Shown here one piece after another: positions 20,936-31,073 of a DNA stretch of 64,000 bases. Every line of letters begins with the position of its first letter. Position 1 is the stretch's first letter. The notes beneath the pieces were generated by a model. That model had not been told where the DNA came from, did no database searches, and saw only the letters and a list, made by a program, of their open reading frames with translations. Location of the stretch: positions 2,272,001-2,336,000 of the forward strand of contig CBDCJV010000002.1 in assembly GCA_965217895.1 (NCBI GenBank), read 5' to 3'. The DNA comes from Waterburya sp. GTDB taxonomy: Bacteria; Cyanobacteriota; Cyanobacteriia; Cyanobacteriales; Xenococcaceae. A program made the position numbers and the translations under genes.

Positions 20936-21424
20936 TTAGCTAAGTGCGTTGATTGCATAATCTAAGTAGCTGTTGGCTTCAGTAGCAGGATCGCCACTTA
21001 AACCGTGATTGCTCTTGATATATTTCAGAGCTTCGATATACCAGCTAGGAGATAGTTCGTAAGCGCGGTTAATTTCATCCAATCCAGCTACCAAATACTC
21101 ATCCATAGGACCTGTACCACCAGAAACCAAACAGTAAGTTACCATTCTTAGGTAGTAGCCAATGTCACGAGAACATTTAGCTTTACCAGTAGGGGTGGAG
21201 GCGTAGTTGGGTCCTTGAGTGCTAGTAGTGTAAGGAAACTTAGAATACACTGCGTTAGCTGCACCGTCGATTAAACTTTGAGAATTGCTAGTTAAAGCTT
21301 TAGCAGCTTCCAGTGAAGCACTAGCTTGGTTAAAACGACCAAAAGCAGTCTGAATTTCAGTGCTGCTCAAGAAACGACCCTGGGAATCAGCAGAGGATAC
21401 TGCTTCAGTTAGAGGAGTTTTCAT
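20936..21424 (-). CDS. cpcA: Phycocyanin alpha subunit
   Basis: [22 protein letters not shown] (Cys84); 162 aa. Confidence 0.97.
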   Translation of the reverse strand: MKTPLTEAVSSADSQGRFLSSTEIQTAFGRFNQASASLEAAKALTSNSQSLIDGAANAVYSKFPYTTSTQGPNYASTPTGKAKCSRDIGYYLRMVTYCLVSGGTGPMDEYLVAGLDEINRAYELSPSWYIEALKYIKSNHGLSGDPATEANSYLDYAINALS

Positions 21425-21512
21425 GATTGTGATGATTCTCTATAATTTTACTAATTTTTTCTAAACAACCAAAGCTTTGGTTGAGGTTGCCTAAACAGTT
21501 GCTCTGTTGGAA

Positions 21513-22031
21513 TTAACCTACTGAGGAAGCAGCGCGATCAAAGTAGCCAGCAATTTCAGAAGTAATTGCGCTACAGTCACCAGGAGTGATGCCATTAGTA
21601 TCTTTAACGATCGCCAAAGCAGCGTCTTTCATTTTTTGAACGCCAACAGCTACAGAAGCACCAGGAGTACCAAGCGCTAGGTAAGTTTCACGTAGTCCAT
21701 TAAGACAACGATCTTCTAGAACACTTGCGTCACCAGTGAAGATAGCGTAAGTGATGTAGCGTAAGATAATTTCCATGTCGCGCAAGCAAGCTGCGTTACG
21801 ACGACTTGTGTAAGCATTTCCACCAGGTGCAATTAATTGAGGCTGCTCGGCAAACAAAGCACGAGCTGCATTAGTAACAATAGCGGAAGCATTTCCAGTG
21901 ATGCGGTTTACAGAGTCCATGCGTTTGTTGCTGGCAGAAACCATGGCGCTGAGAGCGTCTAATTGGCTAGTGGATAGGAATTCACCACGAGCATCAGCTT
22001 GAGACACGACTCTAGTAAATGCGTCGAACAT
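21513..22031 (-). CDS. cpcB: Phycocyanin beta subunit
   Basis: [26 protein letters not shown]; 172 aa; RBS AGGAG. Confidence 0.97.
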   Translation of the reverse strand: MFDAFTRVVSQADARGEFLSTSQLDALSAMVSASNKRMDSVNRITGNASAIVTNAARALFAEQPQLIAPGGNAYTSRRNAACLRDMEIILRYITYAIFTGDASVLEDRCLNGLRETYLALGTPGASVAVGVQKMKDAALAIVKDTNGITPGDCSAITSEIAGYFDRAASSVG

Positions 22032-22292
22032 TATAATTAATCTCCTACTCGATTTAAATTTGGTTTAGTTGAACTTCAAAAAGAAATTTTAACTTAAAAC
22101 TACTTTCAGCTACTGATCGAAATCAGCTAGAAAAAAGTTTTTTTATCGCTGAAGGTGCTAAGTTACTATTCTCTACGTGCTTAGTAAAAGTTTCTTAAGC
22201 CACTAAATAAAACTTTACACTCTTAATAAAAAATTCTAAGAGAGATAGCTTGACAACGATCGCTCCTTAAGCTCTCGTCCATAAAGCATTTA

Positions 22293-22354
22293 CCCCTCAG
22301 GTAACTTTTATACAACGATGATGAACCTTTATTTGTTACATCTTGTTAATTTTA
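22293..22354 (-). promoter_or_regulatory. cpcB promoter; -10 TATAAA at 22312-22307; leader about 270 nt
   Basis: AAAATTAACAAGATGTAACA...CATCATCGTTGTATAAAAGTTACCTG closely resembles the Synechocystis PcpcB core as I recall it. Confidence 0.75.
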
Positions 22355-22502
22355 CCTAATTTAGCCACTTATGCTCAATCAAGGACTTTTTGAAAACAAC
22401 TTTTCTTATACCTTATTATCTTATTTTTCTGTAACCTAAAGCAATTTTCTGTAACTTTTATCAACAATTGTCAAATAGATAACCAAAACTGACTCATAGT
22501 CT

Positions 22503-23249
22503 TTAGCTAGCCAACGCTAGCTGGCGATCGAGATCGAAAAGAAAGCCATGAATATATTCTTCTGTCCATTCAGAGCCATATAAGCGAGTCAGCATTCCCC
22601 TTGCAGGGTCTTTTTCGGCTCGGTAATCAGCATAGCTTTTTTGAGCTTTTAAAATTGCTGCTAGCTTTTGTGGATCTTTTATCTCTTCAGCTTGTTCAAC
22701 AAAGTTAAGATAAGCATTAAAATAGTCGCTAAAAGCCTCAAATACTTTTGTTTTTACTACTTCTGTTTCTGTCGGACGAGTCCATAAAAACGCGGGAGAA
22801 AAATATTGTTGTGCTTCTGCGGGAAAGTCTCCACCCCAGGGTAAATCTTTTTGATAATTCTGGAACATCGGCATGATCGGTTCAGTGTATTTAGCCTGAT
22901 AAGATTTATCTTGACTAAATAAAGGCTGCATATCGATCGCAATTAAATGTCCTCCAGGCAAAGTAACTAAATCTGCACCAAAAAAAGGCAAATCATAATT
23001 GAGCTTCGGAAAGATAACAAAATTAAGTACCTGCAAAGAGCTTCCACCCTGAACATGAGCGGCTCTAATTTGTCTCAGTTTATCAGATTGAAAACCATAG
23101 CTGGTCGTTAAGACAGGCTCTTGTTTTTTGCCTTTCCCCATCACGCCTTCTTTGTTTTCAAAGCCAGAAGGTATGGGATAGGGTTCTAGGTTCAATTTTG
23201 CTTGTAAAGTGGCGATCGCCTGCTCGATAAAAGGCTGATATAAAGTCAT
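22503..23249 (-). CDS. pebB: Phycoerythrobilin:ferredoxin oxidoreductase
   Basis: [44 protein letters not shown]. Confidence 0.93.
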   Translation of the reverse strand: MTLYQPFIEQAIATLQAKLNLEPYPIPSGFENKEGVMGKGKKQEPVLTTSYGFQSDKLRQIRAAHVQGGSSLQVLNFVIFPKLNYDLPFFGADLVTLPGGHLIAIDMQPLFSQDKSYQAKYTEPIMPMFQNYQKDLPWGGDFPAEAQQYFSPAFLWTRPTETEVVKTKVFEAFSDYFNAYLNFVEQAEEIKDPQKLAAILKAQKSYADYRAEKDPARGMLTRLYGSEWTEEYIHGFLFDLDRQLALAS

Positions 23250-23294
23250 TTTTATTCATTTATCATTTGTCATTGACCATTAAACATTTGAAAT

Positions 23295-24029
23295 TCAACG
23301 TTTAGAAGTAGATACGGCTAGAGGAGAGGCATCTTCAAACAAGAATTCATACAAGAATTTTTCTGACCATTCTGCACCAAAATAACTGCTAAATAAGCCA
23401 TGAGCGGGATCGCGTTCGGCACTATATTGATCGTAGTGTTTTTGGGCTTCGACAATGCGCTGAATGTCTTCTGGATTAGTTAGAGGTTCAGCATTAGCTA
23501 GCATCTGCCAATATAAATCAAGATATTCTTGAAAAGCAGGAAATAGTCGATTGACTACGGTTTCTGAGTCGAGTTTAGCAAACAGCAAGTATTTAGAAAA
23601 ATATTGATTAGCGTCGTAGAACTTCATTTCTAGATTCTGCGCCAATTCATTGTATTTATCCCGAATATCTCGCATCGGCTCAATGTATTTGTCAATATAG
23701 GCGCGATCGCGAAATAATGGTTGAAAGTCCATCACTACCAATATTTTTTTCTTGCCAAAGGAAAGAAAATCGACCCCTAACAAGGGAATGTCGTAATGAT
23801 GAGCAGGATAAACAACGCTGTTAAATACTTGAGCAGTTTCGCCTGCATCTATATAGGAATAGCGTATCTTCCTTAATTGTTCAGATTGATAACACCAACT
23901 TTGAATAGTGGCGGGGTTTTTGCCTCGTTCACTGACGTTCCATTCCAATCCTGCGGGAATAGGACGACTACGTAAATCGAAGCGTTTAAAAAGTTCTTCT
24001 TCTAAATATTCGTTAAAGGGCGCGAACAT
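23295..24029 (-). CDS. pebA: 15,16-dihydrobiliverdin:ferredoxin oxidoreductase (probable start MFAPF)
   Basis: RKIRYSYIDAG, PLLGVDFLSFG, FYDANQYFS, ERDPAHGLF. Confidence 0.93.
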   Translation of the reverse strand: MFAPFNEYLEEELFKRFDLRSRPIPAGLEWNVSERGKNPATIQSWCYQSEQLRKIRYSYIDAGETAQVFNSVVYPAHHYDIPLLGVDFLSFGKKKILVVMDFQPLFRDRAYIDKYIEPMRDIRDKYNELAQNLEMKFYDANQYFSKYLLFAKLDSETVVNRLFPAFQEYLDLYWQMLANAEPLTNPEDIQRIVEAQKHYDQYSAERDPAHGLFSSYFGAEWSEKFLYEFLFEDASPLAVSTSKR

Positions 24030-24181
24030 ATAATTATTGCTATATACAGTATGCCTCGTTACCAGAATAAAAAAGCTTCTGGATGTAAGTCTCTTTTTCT
24101 GAGAACAATGCAACAAAGCTTAATGAATATACGAGTTAATTATCTAGTATTTCATTTGGAGGCTAACTATACTATCACTAT

Positions 24182-24616
24182 TCAATCATTTAAAATATCT
24201 TCTAAGCGGTATTTTCTATCTAAAGGAAAGCGATTGTCTTTAATACTACTTTTAGTTTTTTTGATTGCAGCTTTACGTGATTGATCGTATAAAAAATCTA
24301 GGCGTTCCTGAAGATGATTAAGTAAATTAGTTGTTAATTTGTTATTTAACTGTAGGCGAAACCCTGTAATTTCTGATTCCCAATGATCTCGCGTCCATTC
24401 AGCCTGCTCGCGCCAATAATCGACTAGTAAAAGATGAAGCATGATCAGGTATGCAAACTGTTCTACCGATGATTTTTCACCTCTTACCAACGCTTCTAAC
24501 TCCCCAATTAAGTTATTCACATCTAAATTCTCAAAATCTCTTTGGCGCAGTATTTCCGCCTGTTCTAGCAACCATGAATCATATTCTTGCTCAATATCAC
24601 TTTTGTTTTGTAACAT
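24182..24616 (-). CDS. DUF29 family protein
   Basis: YDSWLLEQAEILRQRDFENLDVNNLIGELEAL, HLL, W..EI..FR pattern. Confidence 0.85.
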   Translation of the reverse strand: MLQNKSDIEQEYDSWLLEQAEILRQRDFENLDVNNLIGELEALVRGEKSSVEQFAYLIMLHLLLVDYWREQAEWTRDHWESEITGFRLQLNNKLTTNLLNHLQERLDFLYDQSRKAAIKKTKSSIKDNRFPLDRKYRLEDILND

Positions 24617-24728
24617 TTTGAGGATATTTATTTTTTATCAAGATATAAATATTCTAATATTAGTTTTAGTTGAGGCGGTTTTAAGCTCATTGATATTTAT
24701 TTTGCGATCGCCAATATTATTTCCAGAC

Positions 24729-24998
24729 ATATCATACGCTTTGTGTGAATTAGCTTCGTTCAAATAAACTTGTACGTAGCTCTTAGCTATTAGCTATCAG
24801 CTCTTAGCTTTTAGAACAAACACAAGATAACTAAATTACTTTTTATTCTTTCTTTAGCTGTAATCAAGGATAAAAATCCAGCATTTCTGTAATTTGGTTT
24901 GGGTACAAGTTCATTTATTTTATAGCACTTATGGCTTATGGCTTACGGCTAAAAAATGAATCGCTCTGATTTTTAATTCACACTAGACGTATATCATA
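24729..24998. mobile_element. MITE-like element with nested inverted repeats and a possible 8-bp target duplication
   Basis: ATATCATA at 24729-36 and 24991-98; outer IR GTGTGAATTA/TAATTCACAC; inner IR AAATAAACTTGTAC/GTACAAGTTCATTT (13/14). Confidence 0.6.
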
Positions 24999-25323
24999 TA
25001 TATCAACAGGAAAGATCTAGAAATTAGTACTTGCTTTTAGTTAACTGTCTCAGCGCGCCACGAAAAATTTCAGAGCAGCTTACAGCAATAATCAAAAAAC
25101 GATAGTGCAAAAAGGCAGAATTTATTTACTTAAATTTATCCGACTGACCATCAATAATTTAAAAACAAGCAACAATCATGTTGCGATAATGTTACTTTGT
25201 TTATGGTTCAATTTAATGTCAGACAAAACACAAAATATAGTAGTTGAAGCAAAGGTTGCCATACAATCTACAGAGATATTTTTCAAACAAATAAAATATC
25301 CCCATAGCCTTAAATTAGATCGT

Positions 25324-25857
25324 TTACGCTGCTTGATTGCTATTAACAAGCTTGCGAGCAGCTATTTTATTGCGTAAGCGAGAAGCTCCAAACATTCCAG
25401 CTAGGATTAAGATTCCCAGATCAGGAGCAACACCGAAAGGAACGGGAGTCGCTCCTCCTCCTGTCACCAATGGAGAAAAGGTTAGGTCAGAGCCACTTGA
25501 ACTTCCAGAAGAACCAAAACCATTGAAACTTCCAGCGGTGGTACTGCCATTTAAAAATAAATTACCTGACGTATTTGAACTGTTGTAATTGACATTAGTA
25601 ATGTTTCCCCCAGTTACGTTAAAAGAATTGGGATTAGCAGTATTAAAGGTAACGTTATCAGGTGAATTGAGAGATACGGATGATGCGGGTTGGTTGCTGG
25701 TATTATTATTCAAACCAAAAATAGTTCCCGATACAGGAATTCCAGAGTTATTGAAAGAAAAATTGAAATCTAAGGCACTGGCACTTTTAGCAAACATGGT
25801 TGACGATAGAAGAGCAGCTATAGTTATACCTGCTACTTGAATATATTTATTGAGCAT
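25324..25857 (-). CDS. Secreted Asn/Ser/Gly-rich protein with a PEP-CTERM/PFE-CTERM-like sorting signal (VPFG variant)
   Basis: Signal peptide ending ASA-LDFNFSF; C-terminal TPVPFGVAPDLG, TM helix, basic RLRNK. Confidence 0.8.
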   Translation of the reverse strand: MLNKYIQVAGITIAALLSSTMFAKSASALDFNFSFNNSGIPVSGTIFGLNNNTSNQPASSVSLNSPDNVTFNTANPNSFNVTGGNITNVNYNSSNTSGNLFLNGSTTAGSFNGFGSSGSSSGSDLTFSPLVTGGGATPVPFGVAPDLGILILAGMFGASRLRNKIAARKLVNSNQAA

Positions 25858-26148
25858 AAATAGAAAATATAAAGTACATATAAAGGCTATCTTTTTTATC
25901 TAATAATGACTTCAGTGAGATCTCTGTTTTTCCTTTCAGTATATTCTCGCATTGTCATATTTTCTTTAAGTTTATTCCACCAGATTTATTTCACGAAATA
26001 GCCTATTCATAATCTGACACAAGAGAGATAGTCGTCGGTTTTCTGATGATTTAAAACTTAAGGCAATTTCATATCAAAACTGATTGCCGTTAATAGTTTT
26101 CTAAGTTATAAAAAAACATAACTATCTCCTAGCAACAGCTAAATTTGT

Positions 26149-26916
26149 ATGCTGAAATATCGTCTTAGGCGACTACGTAAAAGTCTTCAATCTAACTCTC
26201 GATCTGATCTTAGCCATAAAAGAATTAATATAATAGTCGAACAAAGATCTACACACATTATTAATTTAGTCGGCTACGTTATGTTATTCTTAGTATTGTT
26301 AGATTACGGCTTTTTATTAGCCTCTAAACAAGTTTTTGAGCCTATTTTTGCCTACAATACAGGAGGTAACTTGGTTGAGAACGTTTGGGGTCTCTTTTTG
26401 GGATTTTTACTCATCTTTTATCGTCGCGACCAAGATTTGATTAAACCAACTGAATTTAGGCTGTTATCTTTTTTGTCGTGGTTTGTTTTAGTTATTGGTA
26501 TTAGTTACTTTTTAATCATTCCTATAATTGTCGGTAATGCCGTTCGCATTCATCGCGTAGAGCAAGCTCAAATGATGAATCAAGTTGATGTACAAAACTC
26601 TCAGGTTCAACAGTATTCTCAACAACTTAACCAAGCTGGCCCAGAACAACTCGATAATTTATTGCAAAACTACCAACAAACTACTGATATTAAAGTTACT
26701 TCAGTACAGCAATTAAAAAGTAACTTGATAGATCAAGCTAAACAAAAACAAGCAGCAGCAAAACAAGAACTTCTAACTAAATTTAGTCAGCAAAAAGCTA
26801 GTCTTTTTAAGACTACGGTGAAGTGGTCAATTGGAGCAATTATTTCTGGTGTATGCTTTATTTTGATTTGGAAACATACAAACTGGACAAGAGGAAAAAG
26901 CAAAATATTAAACTAA
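26149..26916 (+). CDS. HpsJ-like membrane protein (cyanoexosortase A-associated)
   Basis: Three N-terminal TM helices (LLDY, GNLVE), Gln-rich coiled coil, C-terminal KWSIGAIISG TM; context. Confidence 0.8.
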   Translation: MLKYRLRRLRKSLQSNSRSDLSHKRINIIVEQRSTHIINLVGYVMLFLVLLDYGFLLASKQVFEPIFAYNTGGNLVENVWGLFLGFLLIFYRRDQDLIKPTEFRLLSFLSWFVLVIGISYFLIIPIIVGNAVRIHRVEQAQMMNQVDVQNSQVQQYSQQLNQAGPEQLDNLLQNYQQTTDIKVTSVQQLKSNLIDQAKQKQAAAKQELLTKFSQQKASLFKTTVKWSIGAIISGVCFILIWKHTNWTRGKSKILN

Positions 26917-26918
26917 AA

Positions 26919-27758
26919 ATGATTCAGTTAAAAAATAAGCTTAGTTTTGATGACCATCGTTTTTGGCTCTTAATTATTGCTGGTTTATTAATCGCCTTCA
27001 ATTTATGTTTGGTAGATCATAGTTCGGTGTATTTACTGTTTTGGTGTGCAGCACTATCGATTACCTGGCGCAGAAGAAATAGGCTGAATTTTGAAAGTGA
27101 CTTTATTTCTACAGCTATTGGTTTGAGTTTAATTACCTGGCTGCTATTTCGAGGAGTTGTCAACAATCATTCAATTGATGTTATTACGCGAATGTATCCT
27201 ATATTCTCAGCTGTAGCAATATATCTAGTCGCATCTAAAGCTAGCAAAATAAGTCAGTACTGGCGAGAAATTGTTATTATCAGCCTAACTGGTATTCCCT
27301 GGGAGCATATAGCTGCGGTATTATCCCCAATAAACAAAATTTCTATCCTTGATGCAAAGATTTCTTGGCTAATACTATGGTATCTCGGCTTTGATGTATC
27401 TCAAACCGATAACTTAGTTATTTTACCCACAGGAGCAATCAAAATTGCTGGAGGTTGTTCCAGCTTTAATTTATTGGGATTGCTATGGCAATCATGTTTG
27501 GTAATGTGCCTCTACTTTACAATTCAGAAAAACCAGCAATTATTGCTGTATTTATGCTCTACCTTAATTGCTTTAGGAGTTAATGGAATGCGTCTTTGTT
27601 TGATGGCTCTTTTAGTAGCTAGCAATCATAAATCAGCTTTTCATTATTGGCATGGTAGCGCAGGGGCAGAAATTTTTACGACACTGGCAATTTTATTATT
27701 AGCTTTGGTTTATTGGTTGCTAATTAAAAGAAAAAGGGAAGCTGTAAACGAAATATGA
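26919..27758 (+). CDS. Exosortase family protein (cyanoexosortase A-like)
   Basis: Multi-TM; catalytic-triad-like Cys (AGGCSS), Arg (NGMR) and His (FHYWHG); start taken at MIQLK. Confidence 0.88.
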   Translation: MIQLKNKLSFDDHRFWLLIIAGLLIAFNLCLVDHSSVYLLFWCAALSITWRRRNRLNFESDFISTAIGLSLITWLLFRGVVNNHSIDVITRMYPIFSAVAIYLVASKASKISQYWREIVIISLTGIPWEHIAAVLSPINKISILDAKISWLILWYLGFDVSQTDNLVILPTGAIKIAGGCSSFNLLGLLWQSCLVMCLYFTIQKNQQLLLYLCSTLIALGVNGMRLCLMALLVASNHKSAFHYWHGSAGAEIFTTLAILLLALVYWLLIKRKREAVNEI

Positions 27759-28375
27759 TTCAATTAAATTGGCAAAAGTCACGACTGTTGATATTGGGTA
27801 GCTATAGTTTTGCTATTTTGGTATCAGCGGTATTTGTCTTAACTAAACCCAATCAGAATAAATTTCCTAAAAGTATTGTCTTAGATCGTTGGGAGACAAT
27901 TAAAACAGATAAATTTAATGATGAATCTAAATTGACTGAAGGGAGAAAATATAAGGAAGAGAAACACAATTTGGGGATGGAGATATATTTTATTCCTAAT
28001 AGTCAGGGAGAAACTTTAAGCTTGATGAATCAGTATCTAGAATTGCAGCTAAAGCCTGAAGATATAGCAGTCAAGTCAGACAGTCAGATTGGCTCTTATG
28101 GTTTGCTGAATAAAAACAATCAGACTTATCTTGATACCTGTATACATTCTAGTGGAAAAACAGCCTTTACTCCTCAACAGTTTAGTCAATTAGCCAACAA
28201 TAATCTTTCTTCTCGTCTACTACCTTGGATTTTCGGCTTATCGGATTTAAGAGACTGGAGTTGTTTGTGGGTAAATATGTCTGTTTCAACGGACGATATC
28301 ACGAAAGAGGAAGCTGCTGAATTGTTAAAGCGAAAGTTGTTTACTTTATTGAGTGAAGCTAAGTTTGATAAGTAG
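27755..28375 (+). CDS. Cyanoexosortase A system-associated protein
   Basis: ATGA overlap with the exosortase stop; TYLDTCIHSSGKTAFTPQQF and RLLPWIFG..LRDWSCLW. Confidence 0.8.
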   Translation: MIQLNWQKSRLLILGSYSFAILVSAVFVLTKPNQNKFPKSIVLDRWETIKTDKFNDESKLTEGRKYKEEKHNLGMEIYFIPNSQGETLSLMNQYLELQLKPEDIAVKSDSQIGSYGLLNKNNQTYLDTCIHSSGKTAFTPQQFSQLANNNLSSRLLPWIFGLSDLRDWSCLWVNMSVSTDDITKEEAAELLKRKLFTLLSEAKFDK

Positions 28376-28438
28376 CTGGCTAAAATTAAATACGCTGATG
28401 TGAATTTGATTTTAGCCAGGAACCACAGATTGAAAAAT

Positions 28439-30178
28439 TTAAAAAGTAAAAGTAGTGCGTAAAGTACCAATAACGATATCATTATTTTGGCTGTCATGAT
28501 CGGGAGCAGTGATCCAGACTGCACCAGGAGTAACCGCAATGTTATCTGTTAGCTGATACTGGTAAAAAGCCTCAACGTGCAAGGAAGTGTCGGAATCGGT
28601 ATTTTCGGCTACGCCTGCAATATTGATATTAGAACCTGTAACTCTAGGTTCCATACCAAAGACAATCCCACCCAAACTGCCCTCTTTGAGAAGATCGGGT
28701 AAAGCAAGACTAACTGCCCAATTCCAAACATCTTGATCGCCACGACTGATTATAGTTGCACCATTTCTGACAACAGATTCAAGAACGCGATTGGTAGTAT
28801 AGCCACCCCAGCCAGCAATAATAAAGCGATCGCTGATGTTAAAAGAAGCTTCTACACCATAAGAATTACTGGTAATAGGTACAGTTTCACCTACCGTAGC
28901 TTGGGTAAAGGAATTAAAGTTAGATAGATTACTACCGCTAAAGTTATCACTGCTATTGTAAGAATTAACGTAGGTTAGACCCAATTTAAAGCGATCGCCT
29001 GGCTTAAAGACAACTTGTCCTAGTGCAGAATATGCCCCGTTAAACAAACCATTGCCAGAAGTAGGATCGGCTGCATTAGGAGACAAATATCCTGCACTGA
29101 GTTCAAAGCTATCGCTCAGTTCACTTTTAATACCAATTCCCGAACCAGAAACCTGATTATAAATAGGGTTGCGTACCCCAAAAGCCGAAATAGCACCACT
29201 AGCACTATCGTTAAATCGATCGAGAGGACTAATAGTATCGGCAAAGTCAAAAGCAATCCCGCCAAAACCTTCTAAAACGACGGTAGTGCGATCGCTAAGT
29301 GGAAAAGCATAAAGGGCAACCAACAGGTTCAAATCGTTACCATTATTGGCAATCAAGCCCAGATCTCCTTCAAAAGTTCCTGTCTGTTCACTATAAAAGG
29401 GAAAGTTACCAGCCGTAAGCTGGGTAAGTAGTAAATCTTTACCTGTAAAACTGGTATTGAAGGCTAAACGCGCCCTATCACCAAGAACAGGTTGACTATC
29501 GATTTTTTCACCAGAAGCATTATCCCCAGTAAATATATCACCAACGCTAAATACTACTTCTCCCGCTAATTTAGTTGTGGCAGAAAACTGCCGATCTTCT
29601 AACACAGCCGTACGCTCTTCTACCGTATCAAGTCGCCCTTTTAAAGTTGCTAATTCTGCTTCAAACTCTTGTTGAAGACGATTAATAGTATCTAGGTCTT
29701 CTTGACTAACCGATCCTTGAGAAGCGATTAAACGCTCAATTTGATTTAGACAAGAGTTCAAACCTGCTGCAAATTCATAACGAGTCAAAGATTGATTACC
29801 GCGAAATGTTTGATTAGGGTAGCCAACAATACAACCATAGCGATCTACCAAACTACGAAGTGCCTCGTAACTCCAATCAGTGGGAGAAACATCTCTTAGC
29901 TGATTAATATTAGTAACTTGCCCTAAAGCATCATCTCGTTCGGGAATAGAATAGCGATTGATTTGCTCTAGCAAACTATTCTCTGATAATGATTCTGTCG
30001 TTTGCGAGTATGCTGTGGTTGCTGTCCAATTTAGCAGCAACGCCATCGAACCCAAAGTTAAACCAGTATTAATACTTAGAGTTAGTAATTTATAATTTCT
30101 CTGGAAATGATCCTCTCTGTTATCTAGTAAATCTTTATCTCTAATGAGATTAACTGCTGTCATTTTCTCCTCACTCAA
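28439..30178 (-). CDS. SLH-domain outer-membrane porin (OprB-like cyanobacterial porin)
   Basis: DVSPTDWSYEAL and TRYEFAAGLN (SLH), FSATTKLAGE, C-terminal LRTTFTF. Confidence 0.95.
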   Translation of the reverse strand: MSEEKMTAVNLIRDKDLLDNREDHFQRNYKLLTLSINTGLTLGSMALLLNWTATTAYSQTTESLSENSLLEQINRYSIPERDDALGQVTNINQLRDVSPTDWSYEALRSLVDRYGCIVGYPNQTFRGNQSLTRYEFAAGLNSCLNQIERLIASQGSVSQEDLDTINRLQQEFEAELATLKGRLDTVEERTAVLEDRQFSATTKLAGEVVFSVGDIFTGDNASGEKIDSQPVLGDRARLAFNTSFTGKDLLLTQLTAGNFPFYSEQTGTFEGDLGLIANNGNDLNLLVALYAFPLSDRTTVVLEGFGGIAFDFADTISPLDRFNDSASGAISAFGVRNPIYNQVSGSGIGIKSELSDSFELSAGYLSPNAADPTSGNGLFNGAYSALGQVVFKPGDRFKLGLTYVNSYNSSDNFSGSNLSNFNSFTQATVGETVPITSNSYGVEASFNISDRFIIAGWGGYTTNRVLESVVRNGATIISRGDQDVWNWAVSLALPDLLKEGSLGGIVFGMEPRVTGSNINIAGVAENTDSDTSLHVEAFYQYQLTDNIAVTPGAVWITAPDHDSQNNDIVIGTLRTTFTF

Positions 30179-30385
30179 GCTTACAACAAGCTATAAAACC
30201 GCTAATCCATAATTCCCGTTTTTGCCAAAAAAGGAACATTTTCTAGATAAAAAAACTTAGATTAGAATCAAATAGCCTGTAAATAAACGCTTTTGCTCTC
30301 AGTAATACTTAGGATTGAGCTTGGAGATAAACTTGACTAATTAAGTAACTTTACTTACTTTTATGGCGATCGATAACAATTGAAT

Positions 30386-30982
30386 CTACGCACTTTTCCA
30401 GTTAATATAGGGTAATTTTGCTGCTGTGGCTTTAATGCCTTGGGCATTACCAACCAACTGTCCACAATTATCCCATGTACCTTCAAGAAACATTTGTTTT
30501 GAGCCTTCATTCATCTCAACTGGAACGGAAAAATTATCACTCTTGACTTCCATTGTTTTTAAACTAAGGGTTAAATTAGCTTGAGGATTTTCGCTAATTA
30601 ATGTCTGCAACCGTTTTATTTCTTCGGAGGTAGCGATCGCACAAGGAACACCTATCGCTACGCAGTTACCAAAAAAAATCTCCGCAAAACTTTGACCGAC
30701 GATCGCCTTAATTCCCCATTTAGACAAAGCTTGGGGCGCGTGTTCACGGGACGATCCACAGCCAAAATTATTATTTACAACTAAAATAGTGGCATTCTGA
30801 TATTGAGGTCGATCGAAAGGATGTTTGCCCTCAGTCTGGGCGCGATCGTCAGCAAATGCGTGTTCTCCTAAACCATCAAAAGTCACACAGCGCAGAAAAC
30901 GAGCGGGGATTATTCGATCTGTATCTATATCATCCCCTACTACGGCGATCGCCTTTCCAGATATTTCTTTAACTTTACTCAT
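30386..30982 (-). CDS. leuD: 3-isopropylmalate dehydratase small subunit
   Basis: [30 protein letters not shown]. Confidence 0.97.
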   Translation of the reverse strand: MSKVKEISGKAIAVVGDDIDTDRIIPARFLRCVTFDGLGEHAFADDRAQTEGKHPFDRPQYQNATILVVNNNFGCGSSREHAPQALSKWGIKAIVGQSFAEIFFGNCVAIGVPCAIATSEEIKRLQTLISENPQANLTLSLKTMEVKSDNFSVPVEMNEGSKQMFLEGTWDNCGQLVGNAQGIKATAAKLPYINWKSA

Positions 30983-30996
30983 GTTTTGATTATTGA

Positions 30997-31064
30997 TTAC
31001 TTGGTGGGCATTGATGAGCTTATTTTTTTTATGTGAACAAAATTTTATTTTATGCCCACCCTAC
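30997..31064 (-). repeat. REPIN-like dispersed repeat; inverted copy of the units at 38720-38875
   Basis: Reverse complement reads GTAGGGTGGGCATAAAATAAAATTTTGTT...CTCATCAATGCCCACCAAGTAA. Confidence 0.8.
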
Positions 31065-31073
31065 TACTACTCT

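Noticed and set aside
23295..24116. Extended N-termini in the ORF track (pebA, exosortase, ALS-like, mgdA)
   Set aside because: Extensions lack family similarity; downstream ATGs fit expected family lengths better
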